From Campylobacterota bacterium (lineage in GTDB: Bacteria > Campylobacterota > Campylobacteria > Campylobacterales > Sulfurimonadaceae), in assembly GCA_034717975.1 (NCBI GenBank), contig JAYEMF010000089.1, positions 1 through 39,630 of the forward strand: 39,630 nt of DNA. The letters run 5' to 3'. The notes under the pieces were generated by a model. The model searched no databases, was not told where the DNA came from, and saw only the letters and a program-made list of their open reading frames with translations. The translations under genes were made by a program, and so were the position numbers. The stretch's first letter is position 1; every line of letters begins with the position of its first letter. Positions 17,713 through 26,687 of the stretch are shown here, piece by piece.

Positions 17713-20421
17713 ATGCAAAAACTTTTAACTCTATTTCTTTTTTTCATAACAACGGCTCTATTATTACAGGCATCACCTACTTATCAGAGAAAAATAGTTG
17801 TCAGCTCCTTTGCAACTCAGGCAGATGCTGAACGGGCATTGAACAGACTTGAAAAACATCTTCAACGGGATGCCCATATCATGGAGCTTCATGATCAATG
17901 GAAATTTGAGTCTATTACCAAAGAATCCGACAACTATTTTATTGTATTGGTTGAACCTTTCTTTGATCGAGAGGTACTGCAAGATGTTATAGATCATGTT
18001 CGGATCCTGTACCAGGATGCCTATGTCAAACGCATCCCCCTGAAGCAGAGTGTTCCAAAGACAGTTGAGCTTGATCAGACTGTCGTCCAAATCCCTGAAA
18101 AGCAGCTCGTTGCCGCTCAGCCAATAGAAAAAACCGATACGACCGCCATAGAAGCTGAGCCTGTTACAACACTTGTAGAAGCCGAAGCTGTTGCAACAGC
18201 CATAGAAGCTAAACCCGTACAGCCAAGCAGTGCTGATATCGCACCCAAATCAAGCACAAAACCGCTAACAAAACATGTCGTGAGCAGAGACAAACCTGTT
18301 GCTCCTACAGCTGATTCGCCTGACTTTTTCTGGCCTTTTTCAGGAACGCTTCTCGCATTGATAATAGCCCTGATCATCATCTTCCGAAGCAGGCAGAAAA
18401 ATAGAGAACTTTCTCGGCGTTATATGCTAGAGAGTGAAGCCTGTATGAAATCTGAAAATCTAATGAATCAGAAAGATATGTTTTTTGCCAAGATCAGTCA
18501 TGAACTCCGCACCCCGATGAATGCGATCATTGGTTTAAGCCATATTGTTTTACAGAGCAAGCTTAGCCAAACACAAAGTGAAAATGTCAGTAAAATAAAA
18601 TACTCGGGTGAATTACTGCTGGAGATCATCAATGATATTTTAGATATCTCCAAGATCAGCGCAGGAGAGTTGAAGGTTGAAAAGGTTGAGTTCAATATTA
18701 ACGATGTGCTTGATCATGTCTCAAATGTGGCTTCACTTGGTGCCCATGAAAAAAATCTTGAATTGATTTTTTCTGTTGAACAGGGAGTACCTTCCAAGTT
18801 TGTTGGTGATCCGCTTCGTTTGGGACAAATTTTGATCAACCTCCTTTCCAATGCAGTAAAATTCACCAAGGCCGGTGAAATCAATCTACGTGTCCATAAG
18901 TCTTCTCAAAGTGACAACACCATAAACCTGGGATTTAAAGTCAGTGATACCGGCATTGGAATGACATCGGCCCAGATGGAAAAGCTTTTTAAGTCATTTT
19001 CACAGGTCGATGACTCTACAAGTCGTCTTTATGGTGGTACGGGGCTTGGCCTATCTATCTCAAAACAGCTTGTAGAGATAATGGGCGGAACCATCGATGT
19101 TGAGAGCAAGTTTGGCAAGGGGAGCAGCTTTATCTTTAATCTGGCCTTTGAACTTACGGACCAGACCAATAAACGTCACTATCGCTTGCCAAACAAAACA
19201 TTGATGCAAAAACGTGTACTTATTGTTGATACCAATAGTAAAACAGTTGACTTATTGACTAAGATGCTGACATATTTTCACTACGAAGTACGGCACTTTC
19301 CTATTCTTGAAGAAGCCGAATCTTTGCTTTTAGATACGCCTTTGGATATTGTGTTCATAGATGAAAACTGTATTACAGAATATACTGCCGACAAGATCAA
19401 AGCCATCAAAGAACAAGCAGCGATCAAAGTGGTGGTTATCAAGGAACTTTACCACCAAAACGGTACAGACCTTGTTGAGCTGAACGATGTTGACCACTAT
19501 CTTCTTAAGCCCTTTAATCAGCAAAGTATTTTTAATACTATTTTGGACCTTTATGGTGAAGAAAGAGCAAAATACAGTAAGCAGACAGAATTAACTGCGA
19601 ACGATCTTAAAGTCTTAAGTGGCAGAAAGATCCTGGTAGCGGAAGACAACGATATCAATCAGCGTGTACTTTCAGGGCTCCTTCAAGGAAGCGGCTTGGA
19701 GCTCATTTTCGCAGAGAACGGTAGAGTAGCCATTGACAAGCTGCATAGTGAAGACAGTATAGATCTTGTTTTAATGGATATCAGTATGCCAGTGATGGAT
19801 GGATATGAAGCGACTACGCTCATCAGAGAAGAGCATATATATGATGAGATACCTATTGTTGCACTGACAGCAAATACCATGACAGATGAGTTGGATCATG
19901 CTGTAGCATGCGGCATGCAAGGTTATATTGCAAAGCCTTTGGATGTGCAGCTCCTTTATGGGAAACTTCTTGAGCTCATACCAGTATCAACTGCAGAGCA
20001 AGCACTGCCTATAGAAGGTGCCAAATCAATAGATAATCTCTCTACGAAACCTAAAAGCACTCCAGATATTCAAAACAGTGAAGTATTAATGATGTCAGAA
20101 GGTCTTGAGAGATGTGGCGGGGACAGAACATTATTTGAAGAACTTCTTCAGGATTTCAGCAATATGTATAAAGATTCAGTAAGCAAACTTGAATCGATCT
20201 GCACTGAAAAACGCCATAAAGACGGTAAAAAGTTTGCTCATGAGATCAAGGGAGTATCTGCCAATATTGGCGCCGATGCACTTTCTCGCTCGGCAGTTGA
20301 CCTGGAAGAAGCCTTTAAACGGGAAAATCAGAGCAACTACCCGCTGCTCATAAAAAACTATGATGAAAAACTGAAGCGTTTACTACAGGAAATTGCAACG
20401 CTAGCCTCAAGTGGGCAGTAG
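17713..20421 (+). CDS. Hybrid sensor histidine kinase (SPOR-like sensor, TM, HisKA, HATPase, 2 REC, Hpt)
   Basis: SHELRTPMN, NLLSNAVKFT, DTGIG, GGTGLGL, LMDISMPVMDG and AHEIKGVSANIGA motifs. Confidence 0.93.
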   Translation: MQKLLTLFLFFITTALLLQASPTYQRKIVVSSFATQADAERALNRLEKHLQRDAHIMELHDQWKFESITKESDNYFIVLVEPFFDREVLQDVIDHVRILYQDAYVKRIPLKQSVPKTVELDQTVVQIPEKQLVAAQPIEKTDTTAIEAEPVTTLVEAEAVATAIEAKPVQPSSADIAPKSSTKPLTKHVVSRDKPVAPTADSPDFFWPFSGTLLALIIALIIIFRSRQKNRELSRRYMLESEACMKSENLMNQKDMFFAKISHELRTPMNAIIGLSHIVLQSKLSQTQSENVSKIKYSGELLLEIINDILDISKISAGELKVEKVEFNINDVLDHVSNVASLGAHEKNLELIFSVEQGVPSKFVGDPLRLGQILINLLSNAVKFTKAGEINLRVHKSSQSDNTINLGFKVSDTGIGMTSAQMEKLFKSFSQVDDSTSRLYGGTGLGLSISKQLVEIMGGTIDVESKFGKGSSFIFNLAFELTDQTNKRHYRLPNKTLMQKRVLIVDTNSKTVDLLTKMLTYFHYEVRHFPILEEAESLLLDTPLDIVFIDENCITEYTADKIKAIKEQAAIKVVVIKELYHQNGTDLVELNDVDHYLLKPFNQQSIFNTILDLYGEERAKYSKQTELTANDLKVLSGRKILVAEDNDINQRVLSGLLQGSGLELIFAENGRVAIDKLHSEDSIDLVLMDISMPVMDGYEATTLIREEHIYDEIPIVALTANTMTDELDHAVACGMQGYIAKPLDVQLLYGKLLELIPVSTAEQALPIEGAKSIDNLSTKPKSTPDIQNSEVLMMSEGLERCGGDRTLFEELLQDFSNMYKDSVSKLESICTEKRHKDGKKFAHEIKGVSANIGADALSRSAVDLEEAFKRENQSNYPLLIKNYDEKLKRLLQEIATLASSGQ

Positions 20422-20431
20422 AGTATATAAA

Positions 20432-20444
20432 GGGCACCTCTAAA
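20432..20444 (+). repeat. Solo 13-bp fragment of the element terminus
   Basis: GGGCACCTCTAAA, identical to the first 13 nt of the TIR and starting 31 nt before copy 2. Confidence 0.75.
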
Positions 20445-20462
20445 TAGGAAAAACTCTTTTAT

Positions 20463-20729
20463 GGGCACCTCTAAAAACCCTGGATATCATCAGAGGGCAA
20501 AGAAGGTGCAAGATTTCGTTTTAAAATTTTGAAGGACTACCCATAGGTAATTCAAGAGATTTTAGGACGGAAGATTGTGCCTTATTTGCCCTCCCGAAGG
20601 GCGTTACATACATGTCCGTGAGTCTGCGTTAGAACCTTGCCACCGTAGCCCTGCTACGCTGACAAGAACCTGCCTTGATCACGAAAATGTATGTAACGCT
20701 GATGATATCCAGGGTTTTTAGAGGTGCCC
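20463..20729 (+). mobile_element. MITE-like structured repeat, copy 2 (complete, 267 bp)
   Basis: Perfect 31-bp TIRs (20463-20493 and 20699-20729), TTAT on both flanks and no through ORF. Confidence 0.92.
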
Positions 20730-21530
20730 TTATACTACTTTAATGTGCCAGGGCTCAAAACGGACACCGAACGGATTGTTTTTGGTGTAGCGGATTTTGA
20801 TGTATCCGGTGTCGATCAGCTTTTTATATTCATCGGTCTTGGAAAAGTCTGACGTGAAGTTACGATAGCCGAAACCGACTTTGCCTACATCGAAATCCCC
20901 GATACTGTGGTAGGAGTATCCTGCCGGAGCAAGTGAACGTGAGGCTACGGAGATATTACCGCGACTTCGGACGACTTTTCGCAAAAAAAGATCCATCTGC
21001 TTGACATTGCTGCGTACACCGGAAGTAAGAATGATACTTTTCCCCACCTCTTTATGGATCTTTTCATACATGGCAAGGGGTTTGCCTTTATAGAGATAGT
21101 GTCCGGTATAAGGGACCTTAACCGTCTCTTTTTTGTTGATCTCATCAGTGAGTGATGTCAGGACTTTCTCACCGTAAAATCCATATTGTGATGCTTTTTC
21201 ATAAAAGAGCGACTCCAGCAGATCCATTTCCGATTTGCTGAATTCACCTACTTTTGAGTGGTGTCTGCCCACACGAAGCATCTCATCGATACCAAGCAGG
21301 TTAAAATTGCCAAAACCTACTGTTTTACGCGTCATAGAAAGTTTATGGGAGAGGTGTGCAACGGAGCTTAACTCTTTCGATGTGAGCACAATCTCTTTTT
21401 TCTTTGAGAAGTACTCATTTTTGAAAGTTTTGCAGGCAAGATAGCTCAGTTTTTCCATAGGAAGGACGGCAGGTGACGCCGAAGCCATTGATGCTGTTCC
21501 CAATAAGCCTAAAAATCCTCTTCTATCCAC
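20730..21530 (-). CDS. Tat-exported M15 family (VanY-like) D,D-carboxypeptidase
   Basis: GTG start giving MDRRGFLGLL (twin-arginine). SGVRS, SYHSIGDFD and EPWH Zn-peptidase motifs. Confidence 0.85.
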   Translation of the reverse strand: MDRRGFLGLLGTASMASASPAVLPMEKLSYLACKTFKNEYFSKKKEIVLTSKELSSVAHLSHKLSMTRKTVGFGNFNLLGIDEMLRVGRHHSKVGEFSKSEMDLLESLFYEKASQYGFYGEKVLTSLTDEINKKETVKVPYTGHYLYKGKPLAMYEKIHKEVGKSIILTSGVRSNVKQMDLFLRKVVRSRGNISVASRSLAPAGYSYHSIGDFDVGKVGFGYRNFTSDFSKTDEYKKLIDTGYIKIRYTKNNPFGVRFEPWHIKVV

Positions 21531-21642
21531 GTATGATCCACTAATTGTATTATTTATTGGAATTATATCAAAAGAAGTTTTATAGGTGACCTTAATTTCG
21601 TTATAATTGCGCCTAAAATAACTAGGCACCCCTGAATACTTC

Positions 21643-22893
21643 ATGCAAAACTATCAAGAGAAATTATCTGAACATCTTAAAAAGACGAGTATCGCTTCGC
21701 TTTCACCGGAGGAACAAAGTTTTCTGATCCGTCAGGCAAGCACATTTCGCTTCTCTTATCAGGAGTTGAAACAGCTTGTCGATATGGCACTTGACTTTCG
21801 CATGTGGGGTGAGGCATCGCTTACAGAACTCTGGCAGGATTTCCCTAGTAGGAAAGCGGCCTTCAATGCCATTCGTGACCAGTGGAACCACCTTAAAGAC
21901 ACACCCAACAGTTATAGCCGTTTTGATCCGAAAAGTTACAAAATCGACCATAAGTTCACCTTTGTCGAAAGCTCAAAAGAGAGTCTCGGACTCGGTATGT
22001 GCCCGGTGGCTTCTCCGAAAACACGCTGCTGTAACTTAATGACACTCGATGTTGTCGAGAGCTGTGGATTTGACTGCAGTTACTGTTCGATCCAGTCATT
22101 TTATAACGATAATCAGATCGGCCTGGACACTGATTTGGCTGCAAAACTGGAGAGACTGGAACTTGATCCAGACAGAACTTACCATATTGGTACCGGCCAG
22201 TCATCTGACTCTCTGCTCTGGGGTAACCGCGGAGGCATCCTTGACGCCCTCTTCACCTTTGCCAGAAACAATCCCAATGTCATTCTTGAGTTCAAGACCA
22301 AGTCAGACAATATCAGCTATTTTATTGAAAACAGTGTGCCAAAAAACATCATCTGCACCTGGTCGCTCAATACCCCTACGATTATCGATAATGAAGAGCA
22401 CTTGACAGCTTCACTTGATAAACGTATAGAGAGTGCCCGGAAAGTTGCCGACAGGGGTGTAAAAGTCGGTTTTCACTTTCACCCGATCGTAGAGTATGAA
22501 AACTATCTCAAAGAGTATGGCGAACTCTTTCTACAACTGTTGGATACCTTTGAGGCGGATGAAGTCGTATTGGTCTCATTGGGGACACTGACATTTATCA
22601 AGCCCGTTATCAAACAGCTTCGCGGTCGTGATTTTAAAAGCAAGATCCTTCAGATGCCACTGATCGATGCCGGAGGGAAACAGTCTTACCCTCTGGAGAC
22701 AAAACTCACGATGTTCAAGCATGCGTATGAAAGTCTGAAGCCATGGCATGATAAAGTCTTTTTTTATATGTGCATGGAAGATCACAGCCTCTGGAAGGAT
22801 GTGTTCGGGTATGAGTATGCGACAAATGAAGATTTTGAACGGGCGATGGTCTCGTCATACGCCAATAAAACAGGAGTGAAGTATGCCTATTGA
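21643..22893 (+). CDS. Spore-photoproduct-lyase-like radical SAM protein
   Basis: CGFDCSYC, LEFKTK, WSLN...EH and FYMCME motifs. TATAAT at 21602-21607. Confidence 0.85.
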   Translation: MQNYQEKLSEHLKKTSIASLSPEEQSFLIRQASTFRFSYQELKQLVDMALDFRMWGEASLTELWQDFPSRKAAFNAIRDQWNHLKDTPNSYSRFDPKSYKIDHKFTFVESSKESLGLGMCPVASPKTRCCNLMTLDVVESCGFDCSYCSIQSFYNDNQIGLDTDLAAKLERLELDPDRTYHIGTGQSSDSLLWGNRGGILDALFTFARNNPNVILEFKTKSDNISYFIENSVPKNIICTWSLNTPTIIDNEEHLTASLDKRIESARKVADRGVKVGFHFHPIVEYENYLKEYGELFLQLLDTFEADEVVLVSLGTLTFIKPVIKQLRGRDFKSKILQMPLIDAGGKQSYPLETKLTMFKHAYESLKPWHDKVFFYMCMEDHSLWKDVFGYEYATNEDFERAMVSSYANKTGVKYAY

Positions 22894-23233
22894 ACTGATG
22901 GAGCAGGTAAAAGAGATCTTTGGAGCCGAAGAACGTCTTTTTGACAAGTTGAATAAAGTCGGTCACGACTATACCGCTATTGATTTTGATGAAAGCGGTC
23001 TCTATGAAGAGGAGGAGGAGCGTGCTTTTCGCCACTGGAAAACATTAACGACGAAGCTTGCCAAAGCTCTTCACAGCGGCCTTGAATCACAGCAGGTCAC
23101 TGTTGGAAAATGCAACGATCCCGCTGACTATCACGTTACTTTCACCATCACGCTTCAAGATGAAGATGCCAGCGTTGTTGCGTTTGACGTCAATTATGCC
23201 AATAAAGGTGAGATCGCAATCGTACAGGTATAG
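22883..23233 (+). CDS. Hypothetical acidic protein (116 aa)
   Basis: Strong SD AGGAG and overlap with the end of the upstream gene. Confidence 0.7.
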   Translation: MPIELMEQVKEIFGAEERLFDKLNKVGHDYTAIDFDESGLYEEEEERAFRHWKTLTTKLAKALHSGLESQQVTVGKCNDPADYHVTFTITLQDEDASVVAFDVNYANKGEIAIVQV

Positions 23234-23289
23234 CCAAGCATTTATATTGCCCCGCTATAATTCCGTAATTATTATTTACGGAATTTTTT

Positions 23290-24612
23290 TTGATTAAATT
23301 TTTACTACTTTTTCCCGCTCTTCTGTTCGGTGCCTACTCCGGACAAATTATCAACAAATCAAACTGTGCCAGTGTGGCAGGTGCCGTTGTCAGCGATGCC
23401 CATCAAAGTGTTACAACAGATGAGTCAGGAAACTTTTCGATAGATACCAGCGCCACCCATCTGAATGTCAAAGCGTATGGATTCCGTCCCGAACGTATCG
23501 AGGTGCTTCCCTATTTTTCGAAGCATGCTGTCCGACCGATTGATGTCAAAGCCCTTTATCTCTCATTTTGGGGGGCACGCATAAACAGCAAGACCCTTGA
23601 GCGCATTATGAAGATCATTGATGAGACGGAGATCAATGCTATTGTCGTTGATGTGAAAAACGAGTTTGGACTGACCTCGTATAAAACAGATGTGCATACG
23701 GCCAACCGTCACGGAATCTGGTACCAGCGTACCATCAAAGATATAGAAAAATTCATGGAACTGATGAACTCCAAAGATATCTATATGATAGCACGTGTGG
23801 TTGTATTCAAGGATGAACTGCAGGCTGAAAACCACCCTGAACGTGCTTTAAAACTGGAAGATGGCGAGATCTGGCGCAATCGCGAGAAGATGGCATGGGT
23901 AGATCCTTACGATCAGAAGAGTCACGATTACACCTTGGCGATCGCCGAGGATGCGGCAAAAGTCGGTTTTGACGAGATCAATTTTGACTATATCCGTTTT
24001 CCTGCCAAATCCGATCTCTCTTACTCCAAAGAGAATAACCAGAGCAACCGTATTGAAGCGATCGGCAGTTTTCTTTCCAGTGCCCAGGATCTCCTGCGTC
24101 CTTACGGTACCTTTATCTCGGTTGATACTTACGGTTATGTATGCTGGAACAAAAATGACACCAATATAGGCCATACGGTTGCCAGTCTGGCCAAGCATGC
24201 GGATTATCTGGCTCCGATGCTCTACCCTTCCGGCTTTAATGTCGGTGCACTCGGACACGATGACCCGACACAGCACTCTTATGATATTGTTGCCCGCAGT
24301 ATCTTACGGATGCACAAAAATATTGATCCGATTCGTGTTCGTCCGTGGCTTCAATCTTTTAAAGATTATGCACACAGCCGAAAACACTATACGGAAAAGC
24401 GGATTGCCGAGCAGATACAGGCAGCCCAAGAGAGTGCAACAAGCGGCTGGATGCTCTGGAACCCCTCAAGCCGCTACAAGTATGTCAATGAAAAACTTTT
24501 TGAAAAACATCTGCCGGCAGAAAATATTCGCCTGCTTCCAAAAGAGAATCCGCTCTTTGAGGAGCATACCGAGCCCAGTGAACTTGAAGAGCTGAGCTAT
24601 AAAGCCGGTTAA
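23290..24612 (+). CDS. Secreted putative glycoside hydrolase (DUF4015-like) with N-terminal carboxypeptidase-regulatory-like domain
   Basis: INAIVVDVK, IARVVVFKD, GFDEINFDYIRFP, PMLYPS, RPWLQ and WMLWN motifs. Confidence 0.85.
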   Translation: MIKFLLLFPALLFGAYSGQIINKSNCASVAGAVVSDAHQSVTTDESGNFSIDTSATHLNVKAYGFRPERIEVLPYFSKHAVRPIDVKALYLSFWGARINSKTLERIMKIIDETEINAIVVDVKNEFGLTSYKTDVHTANRHGIWYQRTIKDIEKFMELMNSKDIYMIARVVVFKDELQAENHPERALKLEDGEIWRNREKMAWVDPYDQKSHDYTLAIAEDAAKVGFDEINFDYIRFPAKSDLSYSKENNQSNRIEAIGSFLSSAQDLLRPYGTFISVDTYGYVCWNKNDTNIGHTVASLAKHADYLAPMLYPSGFNVGALGHDDPTQHSYDIVARSILRMHKNIDPIRVRPWLQSFKDYAHSRKHYTEKRIAEQIQAAQESATSGWMLWNPSSRYKYVNEKLFEKHLPAENIRLLPKENPLFEEHTEPSELEELSYKAG

Positions 24613-25268
24613 AAATCCAAAATAAATTTTTTCATCGCTTTTTGCCGATGCTTATAGTCCGGCAATACACTCTCAACCACGGCATAAAACGCTTTGGAGT
24701 GGTTCATCTCTTTGAGGTGGGCAAGCTCATGTACAACGACATAATCAATCAGCGCTTCGGGCAGCTGGATAAGATGGCTGTTGAAGGTAATTACACCACT
24801 GCTTGAGCAGCTACCCCAACGCCTTTTCATCTTTCTGATCTGCATCATGCCGGCACTCAGCTCCATCATCTTTTCATAACTGTCAAGCCGCTCTGCGAGA
24901 TGATCGTATGCGCGTCTTTTATAAAAGCTGTCGTAGCAGCGCTGCAGTGAAGTATCACTCAGTTTACGAATGGCGGCAATGGATGCGATCAGGTCATCAA
25001 ACTCTGCATTCGATTCAAGGCTCTGTTTCTCTCCCAGATAGAACACTTCACTGCCCATACGGCACTGCAGGGGTTGGCGCATTGTCTGCTCGGCAAGTTT
25101 TCTGTGGATCCATTGACGTTTATCTTCCAGAATCTGGCGGGCATAACGTTCACTGATCGGTGGGCTTTTCAGGATAACACGCTCATGTTCAATGGCAATA
25201 TAACTGTGCTTCATCCTTCTGTTAATACGATGCTCGATCTTCAACGTGTCAAAATCAATCAGCTTCAA
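24609..25268 (-). CDS. M48/YgjP-like zinc metalloprotein (start approximate)
   Basis: MKRRWGSCS and DYVVVHELAHLKEMNHS..FY motifs. Confidence 0.85.
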   Translation of the reverse strand: MKLIDFDTLKIEHRINRRMKHSYIAIEHERVILKSPPISERYARQILEDKRQWIHRKLAEQTMRQPLQCRMGSEVFYLGEKQSLESNAEFDDLIASIAAIRKLSDTSLQRCYDSFYKRRAYDHLAERLDSYEKMMELSAGMMQIRKMKRRWGSCSSSGVITFNSHLIQLPEALIDYVVVHELAHLKEMNHSKAFYAVVESVLPDYKHRQKAMKKFILDF

Positions 25269-25752
25269 GCCTCTCCTTGATGACCTCATAAGCTTTAAGT
25301 TTTGCATCAAACTTCAAGATGGCATATGCCGGTGATGTTGAAGGCAGCAGTGTAACAGTAAGAGCCAAATCAGGAAAAAACTTTTTGATTCCCTCATATG
25401 ACTTCTTTCCGGTACAGAAAACGGATTTTATCGACGGATACTTTTTTAAAAGTGCAGGAATGTCATTGGGCTGCAGATTGGCCAGGTTGGCATCGCTGGA
25501 GTTGCCTTGCGTACGTTCAAGTGCACCATAGGTGTCCCACATGGCGATACCTTTATCTAACGCAAAGTTATGCCTGGCTTCATTGTCTGGAAGTGTCACA
25601 TCAAAGAGTTTTTCCACAATCGGCCAGAACTGGTTACGCGGATGTGCATAGTAGAAATTGAGCTCAAATGATTTCAGACTGGGAAAAGAGCCGAGGATCA
25701 ACACCTTTGAGCGGGCATTGACGATAGGATCAAAGGGATGGGTCTGCTGCAT
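25255..25752 (-). CDS. DNA-deoxyinosine glycosylase (UDG superfamily)
   Basis: [18 protein letters not shown] and LPSTSPA motifs. Confidence 0.88.
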   Translation of the reverse strand: MQQTHPFDPIVNARSKVLILGSFPSLKSFELNFYYAHPRNQFWPIVEKLFDVTLPDNEARHNFALDKGIAMWDTYGALERTQGNSSDANLANLQPNDIPALLKKYPSIKSVFCTGKKSYEGIKKFFPDLALTVTLLPSTSPAYAILKFDAKLKAYEVIKERLEAD

Positions 25753-26410
25753 AGGGAACAGGATCTTTAATGCCGGCGATCTCAAAACCTTTCAGACGCA
25801 GTCTGCAGCTGTCACAGACACCGCATGCCTCATCTTCACTCTGATAACAACTCCAGGTGAGGTGAAGCGGAACATTGTACTTGATCGCTTCTTTGACGAT
25901 CTGCTCCTTTTTCAGACGTACCAGTGGCATGGCTATGGTGAGGTCAGTACTCTCTTTTGTTCCAAGGTTGATGCTGCGCTGCATACTCTCTATGTACTCT
26001 TCACGACAGTCCGGATAACCGCTGCTATCCTCTTCTACAACGCCGATACTGATCGCCTCGGCCTCCTCTTTTTCAGCAATGGCTGCAGCAATACTCAAAA
26101 ATATACCGTTGCGAAACGGCACATAGGTGACAGGTACACCCTCTTCTATACCAGCGGTAGGAACATCGATGGTGTGATCAGTGAGGGCTGATGCTCCGAT
26201 CTGTTTAAAAAAGTCCAGATCGATCTCATAATGACTCACAACACCAAGATCATCAATAATCTTTTTGTAGGCATCAAGCTCTTTGGTTTCTGTACGCTGA
26301 TCGTAATTGAAGTGTACGGCAATGATCTCATAGCCTTGCGATTTCATCATATAAGCAGCCAGCGTAGAGTCCATTCCGCCGCTCATAATACAGAGTGCCT
26401 TCTTAGCCAT
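25730..26410 (-). CDS. queC: 7-cyano-7-deazaguanine synthase
   Basis: [23 protein letters not shown] and CGVCDSC motifs. Confidence 0.97.
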   Translation of the reverse strand: MAKKALCIMSGGMDSTLAAYMMKSQGYEIIAVHFNYDQRTETKELDAYKKIIDDLGVVSHYEIDLDFFKQIGASALTDHTIDVPTAGIEEGVPVTYVPFRNGIFLSIAAAIAEKEEAEAISIGVVEEDSSGYPDCREEYIESMQRSINLGTKESTDLTIAMPLVRLKKEQIVKEAIKYNVPLHLTWSCYQSEDEACGVCDSCRLRLKGFEIAGIKDPVPYAADPSL

Positions 26411-26687
26411 TTTGATCCTTTATTTTGAAAGCAGATTTTAGCACATCATAGGCCTCTTTGATGGCTAAAAAGCGTTCATTGTTCCCGGTAACAGGGTTGT
26501 CAGGGTGAAATTTCCTGCTCAATAGTTTATACCGCTGCTTAACGGTCTCAAAATCACTCTCATAATCAAGTTTAAGCGTGTCTAGCGCCCTTCTGGCTTT
26601 TGCATCGAGATCGTATCGCCCTTCATAATAAGCTTTAAGACTCTCTTTTGCGACACTGTTTACGGCGCTCTTAAATTTGTCAAACAT
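26403..26687 (-). CDS. Small J-domain protein
   Basis: [15 protein letters not shown]...F..IKEAYDVL. Confidence 0.85.
   Translation of the reverse strand: MFDKFKSAVNSVAKESLKAYYEGRYDLDAKARRALDTLKLDYESDFETVKQRYKLLSRKFHPDNPVTGNNERFLAIKEAYDVLKSAFKIKDQNG

Noticed and set aside
20461..20729. Coding potential of the element (267 = 89 codons, a 23-codon ORF from ATG 20461, ORF 39049-39324 entering copy 3)
   Set aside because: All six frames hit stops, the ATG is outside the element and lacks an SD, and the 39049 ORF is antisense to the mltD start.
20463..20729. CRISPR array or simple terminator
   Set aside because: There is no repeat-spacer organisation and no cas gene. The element is too long, multi-copy and TIR-bounded for a simple terminator.
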